This document shows positions 53,656-63,327 of a DNA stretch of 64,000 nucleotides, piece by piece. Location: NCBI RefSeq assembly GCF_022045235.1, contig NW_027266267.1, positions 17,422,001-17,486,000 of the forward strand, written 5' to 3'. Position 1 is the first letter of the stretch; every line of letters begins with the position of its first letter. Under the pieces are notes generated by a model that did not search any database, was not told where the DNA came from, and saw only the letters and a program-made list of their open reading frames with translations. The stretch comes from Haliotis cracherodii (taxonomy: Eukaryota). Both the position numbers and the translations under genes were made by a program.

Positions 53656-56600
53656 CTGCAAAGAAGAGAATGCATTACATAGTACCCTGTAATACACACA
53701 TTAAACATGTTGCAAAGGGATAATATGATATGTGAAACCTTAATGACTTAATACAAGAAACATCGACAATTTGTGCTATTATTAATTCCATATACATTCC
53801 CGAACTGTATGTTCTCATTCTGGGTCAGTGATGATTTTGATTCGTACGTAACTTTGACGCATATTATTCATGTATCTACTGAAGGCACACTGAAATGAAA
53901 TATCGCCACATCATGTTTTCACTCAACTTGCAATACTGTTGAAAGGTAAACATGAGATTTAACAACATACCTTTCATGATGTTTCCAAACCTGAACCCCT
54001 TCCTATAGAGGACAATAAGAACTAGTCCTTCAATCAGCAAGGTAAGAAGAAGGGTTCCTATCGTACTTCCTGCTATTACACCTGTGATGTTATATTCGGC
54101 ATTGAGTGGTTGCTGTTTCTTTGGACCTGCAGTATAAAATGAGTATTTTATGAAATTAGTATTGACTTCTCTTTTACTGAACACAGATTTTTGTATTTTG
54201 ATCATGTGATGAGCTTGATAAAGGTGTCATTTACATCAAACAGGCTTTATACTTCAAACTTTCTGAATGAGGGGGAGTTACCAATTGTACCTATCAATCC
54301 CTCCAGAAACAGATAAAGGTACTCACAGCTGACATTGAATGCCCTGACATCAGAGAGGTTGTATCCTCCATACAGCCATGCCCCCTGACACTGACACTGC
54401 TGACTGTTCTGACTCCTGCTGACAATGAAGGAGAGAGTAGATGTCCTGGTCTGACCACTGTCACTGACCGATGCTGATCCAGTGCCGGGACAGGACCACG
54501 TGATAGTAGCTAGAGGATTTCCTCCTGTCACCGTGCAGCTGATTGTCTCTGGGTCTCCTTCAAACATTAGAGTCTGAAATTTTGTGATGGAAGGAGGGGC
54601 CGGCGGTGGGTCTGAAAAAGGAACAGCCATGATAGTAACTATACACAGAAATGCATAAAGCAGTGGAGAACATGACACTATCTGGAACATTTTACAAACT
54701 GGCTTAGTTAGTGTTATCCACAACAAAAAGAAGTTATTTCATCAAACAGTGTCCACTATACATGAAAGAGTCGGTGGTTATATTATCTTTATATATCACT
54801 TTGCTCGCTCCCTATGTTTACAATGATATACAACCTTCACATGTGCTTCAAATGAAAATCTGAACTGCTCTTAACAAACTGGGCACACTAATGAACTCTC
54901 ACACTTGACATCCAGTGATGCAGAACCAGTCTCGGTTGCTTTGGTGTTTCTGACTCTACACCTCACAGCGGTCTTGTCTTTATTTGGCCTGAAGGTGAGG
55001 GTCTGTGACCACCATGTAGAAGATCCTGTCACAGACCCCGTGGTGCCCCCTACAGGTGTTCCATCAATGTAGTCCCAGGTGAAGGTCAGGTTGGGATAAG
55101 CGGTGACAGTACAGGTCAAGGTCAGGTTTCTGTTCTCTAAGGCTACAGTGTTGTCTGGCTTTGTCACATCCACCTGCTCTGGTCCGATTGTAATACAGAA
55201 CAGTTACCTTTGACATCAATGTTATCTTAACCTCTCACTGCATTTGTAGTACTGCTTTGACAACATGTCATATCCGATATAGTATGATTTGAACCTACAT
55301 GAACACCTACGTCAATTACTATTCATCGTAGTTCAGTCTCATGAAGGAGTTGATCTCGCTGTCTAACTGACGAAAATACTCACTTTTCACCTATGATATT
55401 TTGTCTTGAGTGCCATATTACTGGATTGACTAAATGACTCCCTGACTGCAAACAACTGTATCCTCCCAGTGCGACAATAAGGCAATGGCATGTATAGAAC
55501 AGTAGTTATTGACTGATTGACTGATATCACATGAATGACATACGAATGTGTGACAACAGAGAGTTACTCACACCACACTCCCACCCGGGCACTGTCAGAC
55601 TGTACTGGGGAGGGGGTGTGGATGTTGGTGGCTCTACAGTAGACTTTGTGGCCCAGGTCACTCCTGACAGGGATAATGGTCACGGTACTTGTTGTCTGGA
55701 CAACACCTGATTGGGATGTGTGACCATTGGATATCCCACTTGCCAACGGAACACTGTTCTTGAACCACGTGACAGTAGCAGCAGGGTAACTGGAAGAGGT
55801 CACACAGGTCAAGGTCAAGGGTTGACCCTCAGCAGCTCCTACTTCCTGGTTGGCGGATGTGATGTTTGTGAGAGACACGCTGCTGACAGCAACTGCATAG
55901 AAATTGATTTAATCACAACTAGTGTATATATCTGTCATATTCAATAACGTAATGTCGAAGGCATAAAGGTAACTATCTACAATATTTATGATGTGGAGGG
56001 AACATTGCTATTATATTACTTACTGTCAGGATAGGAATACGTGGAGTTGACACTTGTCTGTGTGTTGGATGCCTGGCAGTAGTACAGGGAGTTCCTACTG
56101 GTGCCTGTCAGCTGGTAGTTGATGGTGGCTGTCCAGCCAGTGTCTCCCTCCACTGCTACTGGGCTGGTGGCCACACTCATCCCGTCTCTGTACAGCGTCA
56201 TGGACGGCGGTGGATTGGAGACAGCAGCACAGGATATAGACATTGTAGTTCTTGTTATGGTAACATTGCTCAGAGGAACTGAAATAATAACATAGTTTTA
56301 TAAAGTGTTGGTATCTATTTAAGACGACGGTGGGTTGGAGACTAGTGCATGTGAGACTGATTTCGGGAACTGAAATATCAACATAGTTTTATGAAGTATT
56401 GTAATGAGTTGGAGAAACAGGTGATATATGTTGTAGGTCTAGTCATGGTAACAATGTTCCGGGAACTGACATAATAACATTATCTTTGGTGTATCTATGT
56501 AGGATGGTGGGGCAAAACTGCAATATCAGTGGTTAATATTGGGAAAGGGAGGTCAGTCTAATTTCAAACGGGAGCTATCTCCGTTGTTTTCGTATTTGCG

Positions 56601-59600
56601 AGCAATGGCGTCACCGACGCTGTACTTTGTTGGTCCAGCTATTAAATGCCCAGCTTATCCCTACGGTAAAACGTATTCTTAATTAAATGTTTAAATGCAT
56701 TATATTTATGTTTCCATCCGTACACCTTCTGAGATTGGTTTAGTGCTGATAACCATTTTCCAAAATGTGGGCCCACATCTTTTCCGTCATCTTTGGTGAT
56801 CGAAACAAGTGGGCCCACATTTGTATTTCGCCTAGCTTCGTTAGGTTGTTTCGTTAGTTCTGATAATCAATCCCTAAATGTGGGCAGACGTTCTTTCGTC
56901 ATATTGCTTGCAACAGGAGGGACCACATTTATTAATCGCGAAATTCTACTTAAATATTGATAATCATGGGCCTACATTGTTCCCGTCATATATGGTGATC
57001 GAAACAAGTGGGCCAATATTTGAATATCGCCTAGTGGGTAGACGTTCTTCCGTCATAGTGCAACAGGAGGGACAACATTTAAAAATCGCTCAGCTTTATT
57101 AGCTTGGCTTACTTATAACCATTTTTAAAAAATGTGGGCCCACATTGTTCCCGTCTTATAGTGATCGAAACAGGTGGGCCCACATTTGTAAATCGCTGGG
57201 TTTCATTGGGTTGACAAAGTCATTTCAACTAGTGGGCTCACATTTGTCATTACTTTTCATGGGTATGTGACATTTTTTATTATTCATATTTTGTAGTGGA
57301 AAATGAAGGAAAGAGTAGATGTCCTGGTCTAACCTGGGACGAAATTATTTCCCCTAACGTCGGAAGGCACAACAAAGGGAGGTAACCTGGTTTCGTAATG
57401 GGTATATAAGTACAAGCGGAAAGTTGAAACTTCATTCTCAGGTGCGGTGCAGTCGAGGCTGGCTATATCAAACATGTTCGGTTATCTATGCTGCCGATTG
57501 AAGTACACATCGGTTGAATCTAAATTTGTTATTATTTGTGTGTGAAGTAGATGCAGCTGTCCATATGATGATCAGGATGTTATGCGTTGCTTGCAAGTTG
57601 TGCTGGCGAGCCATGATAATACGTTGTGAGATGGATCAGTGTCCATAGTTAAAATCTGGAACAGTTGGTTGCGAGAGTATGGATTTGGGATATACTCTGA
57701 TGAGTATTCGCTGACGAGCCATAAGAATACGTGATAAGGCGTCGATGCCTGTGTATATGTATACGTTGCAAATATGAAGCATAGAATATATTCATGTAAA
57801 TTACAGTTGGTTGGTTGATGGTCATGATGCTGGTGATGCAGCCGATGTTCATGATAATGTGAATACTTGTTGAAGAATAAACTGCGGTCAGTCAGTGCAT
57901 CGTACAGTATCCCAAAATGTTGTAGTTGTGTATTTTGTTGTGTTAAGGGGGAGAAGGAGGAGAAGTTCGTAATGCGGGTTCGTTTACATAGACATATTCT
58001 CAACAACAAGTGCGTTTAGTTTCCAATATGGGCCCACCTATGATTTTTCGATTAGGCAAACGGAGTTAGCTCCCTTCTCGAACCACCGATAATGCGGTTT
58101 CACCGATGGTGGTGATGGTCACCTGACATACTAACCTGATACATCCATTTGTAAATGGTTACTCCCTGCATACTGATAGTCATACTGTGGTTTAAGCAAA
58201 CGTCCACAAAACATAGCTACCTGATACATGCATTTGTATCGGGTTACTCTAAACATAATGAAAGACATACTGTGGTTTAAGCAAACATGAACCCACTTAA
58301 CTGATACATCCATTTGTATCAGGTTACTCTCTGCATATTGAAAGTCATACTGTAGTTTAAGCAAACATCCACAGAACATACTTACCTAATACATTCATTT
58401 GTATCGGGTTACTCTATACATTCTGAAATTCATACTGTGGTTTAAGCAAACATCCACAGAACATAGCTACCTGATACATCCATTTGTATCGCGTTACTCT
58501 ATACATACGGAAAGTCATACTGTGCTTTAAGCAAACATTCACAGAACATAGCTACCTGATACATCCATTTGTATCGCGTTACTCTGTACATACGGAAAGT
58601 CATACTGTGGTTTAAGCAAACATCCGCAGAACATACTTACCTAATACTTCCATTTGTATCGGGTTACTCTATGCATACTGAAAGTCATACTGTGGTTTAA
58701 GCCAACATCCACAGAACACGGTTACTGATACATCCATTTGTATCGGGTGACTCTATACATACTGAAAGTCATACTGTGGTTTAAGCAAACATCCGCAGAA
58801 CATAGCTACCTGATACATCCATTTGTATAAGGTTACTCTATACATACTGAAAGTCATACTGTGGTTTAAGCCAACATCCACAGAACACGGTTACTGATAC
58901 ATCCATTTGTATCGGGTGACTCTATACATACTGAAAGTCATACTGTGGTTTAAGCAAACATCCGCAGAACATAGCTACCTGATACATCCATTTGTATAAG
59001 GTTACTCTATACATACGGAAAGTCATACTGTGGTTTAAGCAAACATCCCCAGAAGACGGTTACTGATACATCCGTTTGTATCGGGTTACTCTATACATAC
59101 TGAAAGTCATACTGTGGTTTAAGCAAACATACACAGAACATACTTACATAATACATCCATGTGTATCGGGTTACTCACTGCATATTGATAGTCATACTGT
59201 GGTTAAAGCAAACATCCACAGAACATACTTACCTAATGCATCCATTTGTATCGGGTTACTCTATACATACTGAAAGTCATACCGAAGTTTAAACAAACAT
59301 CAATAGAACATAGTTACCTAGCACACTTATGTTTAGTTGGTTGCTTTGTCTGCCACCAAACTGATAATCACATCTCCAGCTGAGTGTGTCTCTGCCGTAT
59401 ACGGCGTTGTTGATGGTGAGGGTGTAGTTGGTGGAGCTGGGGCAGGAGGTGGTGTAATCAGTTTGGACAGATGGGGAGGTGGAGCTGCAGCTACCCTGGC
59501 TATTTCTGTAGAATGTAGTTCCATTCTGCCACTGTATAGCTGTATGTGAAGCTTCTCCTGTGTAACACATCAGAGTACAGCTTCCCCCTTCCAGCACAGA

Positions 59601-60448
59601 ACCTCCACATGATGACGTCAGCTGATAGTTCTGGGCAGTAACTGAAACCGTAGTAAATATGTTGTGAGATGTTACATTGAGGTTCACAGAACGATGTCTA
59701 ACCCGATGTTCCGAGATATTGACACAAGCATTATGCTTGTAAGCTACTGGAAAAGAACAACTTGCGAACAAAATCAGAATGGACTATTATAGGCAAAAAT
59801 ATCTGCACTTTTATCTCTTACTACACGTCTGATGTCTCATTCATACACGGTTTGGGGCAACATGCGGTTCAGCTGTCTCTGACACCCCAATTTGCTTTGT
59901 AGAGTTGCATCCCTTTGCCGTGCCAGAAACATACGATCGTGGGTTCGAATTCCAGTTCACCCTCATTATGTCTCTCACACCTGCGCTCGTGGCTTTCACC
60001 AAAATGAATGCGTAAGACATACATTCTGGCTTACCTCCTTCATCAAGCTGACACGCTGATCTGTAAGTGAAATACTGTTATTAAACGTCTGAGACCTGCA
60101 TCACTTCAGGCTTTCCTCCCACATTAAGGTGACACGCCGTGATATGACTGGAACACTGTTAAAAGCGGCGTTAAACCCAACCCACTCACTCACTCACTTT
60201 ATTATCGACATGCAGAGGTAGATGTACATAACCACTGACATATACGTGCAATCTACTTCCTGGTTCTATTTTCAACCACTGTATGTGTGGGAACTGAGTG
60301 TGAGATTCATTTCGTTACCCCTGATGCAATAATATTAACACACATAAACCACAAGCAGTCAGATAGTGTACTTACCCACGTGTTTGTGACATATGTCCAC
60401 CAAGAGAGCTCCAACTGTGAGGATGAGACGGGTGTACAGCATGGCCAT
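52764..60448 (-). CDS. Gene B: type I membrane IgSF receptor (signal, 5 Ig, TM, tyrosine-motif tail), about 658 aa; exon 5 acceptor mutated
   Basis: Exons 60376-60448, 59318-59641, 56024-56278, 55572-55892, 54903-55187, 54327-54611, 53971-54126, 53637-53655, 53437-53489, 53235-53327, 52978-53067, 52764-52786 sum to 1977 nt, an open frame ending in TAA. All junctions are GT-AG except the exon 5 acceptor (AA). Confidence 0.88.
53971..54126 (-). CDS. Gene B transmembrane exon
   Basis: CPKKQQPLNAEYNITGVIAGSTIGTLLLTLLIEGLVLIVLYRKGFRFGNIMK; hydrophobic helix followed by a basic stop-transfer segment. Confidence 0.9.
54327..54611 (-). CDS. Gene B Ig5 (membrane-proximal)
   Basis: 285 nt; TISCTVTGGNPLATITWSC...QCQC; nearly identical to gene D Ig5. 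Confidence 0.9.
54903..55187 (-). CDS. Gene B Ig4 (open frame, but the acceptor reads TTACAA rather than ..CAG)
   Basis: 285 nt; LTLTCTVTAYPN...FTW...VRCRVRN. The paralogous exon in gene D (21232-21522) has the canonical acceptor. Confidence 0.75.
55572..55892 (-). CDS. Gene B Ig3 (C2/CD80-like)
   Basis: 321 nt phase 1-1; LTLTCVTSSSYPAATVTWFK...VYCRATN. Confidence 0.9.
56024..56278 (-). CDS. Gene B Ig2 (short C2-like)
   Basis: 255 nt phase 1-1 exon; SISCAAVSNPPP...LYYCQASN. Confidence 0.85.
56570..58074. mobile_element. Probable non-autonomous DNA element with 16-bp TIRs and internal GTGGGCCCAC palindrome repeats (gene B intron 2)
   Basis: GGGAGCTATCTCCGTT ... AACGGAGTTAGCTCCC (15/16 inverted match); no clear TSD. 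Confidence 0.55.
58130..59320. repeat. 84-85-bp tandem repeat, about 14 copies, abutting the gene B Ig1 donor
   Basis: CATCCATTTGTATCGGGTTACTCTATACATACTGAAAGTCATACTGTGGTTTAAGCAAACATCCACAGAACATAGCTACCTGATA units; includes a 169-bp higher-order duplication. Confidence 0.95.
59318..59641 (-). CDS. Gene B Ig1 (V-like, 6 Cys, WRC F-strand)
   Basis: TTTCAG acceptor, GTAAC donor, 324 nt; CTLMC...IQW...YTLTI...DTLSWRC. Confidence 0.88.
60376..60448 (-). CDS. Gene B exon 1, signal peptide MAMLYTRLILTVGALLVDICHKHV
   Basis: ATG, hydrophobic core, phase-1 donor G|GTAAGT. Confidence 0.8.
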
Positions 60449-60509
60449 GTCGGCAGTGTGTGAAACTAGGTCGTGTGTAGGAAATAGATACTGGCGTTGA
60501 ACTACAGTC

Positions 60510-60524
60510 TATAAATACACCCGG
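60510..60524 (-). promoter_or_regulatory. Candidate TATA-like core promoter of gene B (CGGGTGTATTTATA)
   Basis: About 60 nt upstream of the ATG, with CCAGT (Inr-like) about 25 nt downstream. The same 14-mer occurs upstream of gene C at 49082-49095. Confidence 0.5.
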
Positions 60525-62994
60525 CTTGCATGAACGGGCTTATGTAGACATAATATTTCTTAGTGTGTATTAATTCAGAATATCTATATATTCACGGAAT
60601 GATTTATGTCCCTCCGTGTCCTCTGTTACACAAAGCAGATATTGTCACTTGGTAATAATGTGAACTGACTGATTTTATGGGTCTGTGTAGACATGAAATA
60701 AGTCTCAGTTTGTATTCATTCAGAATTTCTGGATATTCATTTCATGGTGACTCAAACGACTTGAACGACCACGCAACAAAAGGCAGATATTAGTGCTGGG
60801 GCATGGTGTATACGTATTGATTGTATGTGTCTGTGTTGACGTGTTACAGACGAGTACCCATTAATGTTATAACCAAGAAGGTGGGGGAAGTTATACTGCT
60901 GTGCGGCGTCTTTGTTCCTGCTACCGGTAGGTCAAGACATGAGTACCCTTTCGACGCACACCTAGTGCCATCACTGATTTTCAGTAATCCATTCAAACAA
61001 TTTTCCACTGCTATTTTGCCTTTTACGTCTCGTTTAATTTGTGTCTGCGGATAATCGAGACTGGTTATGCTCTGGCGTTGAAGTTTTATATTATGCTATT
61101 CTCCATTACTCATCTCCAAAGAGACATCAGCCCGGAATGTTGTTGCAGGAAGGAGAGCAAACTGTGTCAGTTACACATGCTCATGTAAATGAATAAATAA
61201 ACAAATAAACAAACACACAAACAAGCAAACATATAAATACAGTTTAGCCTATGTATTCATACACTTGTTATTGAACAAGTGAAATGTGTATTCTTGAGAA
61301 TCTGGCCACTGACATCATTTTCAGAATGACACTGGATAAATGTTATGAAACAACATAGCATTGCCGACCTTAAGAGGTTACTCGAGTATATGGAGTTACC
61401 CAACACGTGGACCCACTGAACACATTACAAACTATATTACATAGCTTTCTTCAAAGTCATGGCTAGCATAGGTAACGAATCGGAATGATTGACTTCTATA
61501 ACCTGACATGAAGCGTGTGCGTTAGAACTATCGCATGGGTTTGTGGCAAATATTGTAAATTTACAGAATATTGTTCACATGTGATCTTAATTCAAAATAG
61601 TCATTCAGTATTCATAATCTCGGAAAAGCATGAAAAGAGCACTTGTTTATTTCATAATCAATATTATATTTCTGAAGTTATATTCGTTTTTTCCCTCCTC
61701 GGTTGTTTCAGCTGAAGATAATTGGAAAACAGGTCTGTCATCACAAACACAAAACTACAGCCACGATTATTTGGCAATGGGGCAACCAATATTAAGTCTC
61801 CTTTAGAATCCTCCAAATCATCGTCCTCATCCTTATATTCACAAAGCGAATGGCCCCACTGTGCATGTAACTGTTGTGAAATGTGTCATTCGTCTGACTT
61901 AGGAACAATTCTATCCAAATGTTATATCCCACCTACAGATTATAACATCCAAACACTGAAGAAGAAATCAATGTTTCCAACACAAACCACAGTTTTAGTA
62001 ATGTGCCCTGTAACCACATTGACTGATAAAGAGGCAGTTTACAGCAATGTAAACATCACAGTGAGAGTTGTGGTATACATTGTCACGTGTGTGATATTCG
62101 TGTTTGTTTGTACTGCCTCTGTGATCTAGTGATCAGAAGGTTTGCCCAGAAAGTGGAAGATCTGTGGTTCGATCCCTTGTTGCATCATACCAAAAACCTT
62201 AAAAAAAATGGAACTTGTTGTTACCCTGCTTGGTGCTCGGCCTTTAAAGATAAAACAAGTCCTTGTCGGTGGTTCAGAGGCAGGATACGGTTTCTGAGTG
62301 GGGAATCCATGTTAACACGAGGCAGTGTATCTCAGTGGGCTGTCAATAGCGGTTTGCAGTTATGACTTGTCCAAACAAGTATACACATACACACTCTTTA
62401 CGCACAAACGCACATACTTAAACACGCACACACGCTCACACACGCACACACAGGCGCTCGAATGCACGTCGCTTAATAACGGCAATACTATTGCGACGTT
62501 AAACACCAGTTCACATCACCTCACCTCCTCAATTGAGGTGAAGTGTTTATCATAATATTGCAGTCCAGGCATCTGGTTAAGTGATGACAATACCTGACTT
62601 TATACGACTGTATGTTAAAACAAAACAAAAAAAACTGGCTGATCAGGTTTCCTCATTTAGGTTCAACAACAAATGCTGCTTCGCACCATATAATAGAAAC
62701 AGGTTGAGGTCCTAGAAATCTGACACAGATAACAATATTTCAACTGCAATGTTTCCATTATGTTAATGTGATGATCAAAGCGTTTTGTTAAATAATTTGG
62801 AAATATATTTATTTGCTATGTGACATATTCAATGAAAAAGGCGGTACATAAATAGACATGAGCATAACCAAGATAATTTGACTGAGCTCCTTTAACTTTC
62901 TCGCCATGGTGAACGTTTGGTTTCTGTAACTGTACTTTTATCGAGCAAACATAAAACAATGTAATGAAAACGTGAAGTCAGTAATAGCGATGTT

Positions 62995-63231
62995 TTGTTG
63001 TTGGATTGTTGTTTAACGCCGCACTCAGCAATATTCAAGTTATATACCGACGGTCTGTAAATAATCTAGACTGGACTAGACAATCCAGTGATGAAATCAT
63101 GAGCACCGATCTAACCAACTCAGCGAGCATGACCACCCGATCCCGTTAGACGCTTCTTATGACAAACGTAGTCGCCTTTTACAGCAGGCACGGGTTGCTG
63201 AAGACTTAATCTACCCCGGATATTCACGGGT
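62995..63231 (-). mobile_element. SINE-like family 2 copy
   Basis: Matches 45275-45546. Confidence 0.72.
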
Positions 63232-63327
63232 CTAACTATGTTTTGACTCAAAGGAAATGAATGTCATATGTTGCACGTGTTCCTTGGTCTGTTACTGCAT
63301 CTGATATCATGAATTCTTCCTTCTTCG

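Noticed and set aside
58130-59290. Array of 37-nt alternative mini-exons (Dscam-like)
   Set aside because: 37 nt is not frame-preserving, the spacer introns would be only about 48 nt, and many units lack one of the sites. Kept only as possible decoy donors.
25065-59641. V(D)J-like somatic rearrangement of Ig exons
   Set aside because: No recombination signal sequences or arrays of segmented V genes were seen; each gene has its own complete exon set.
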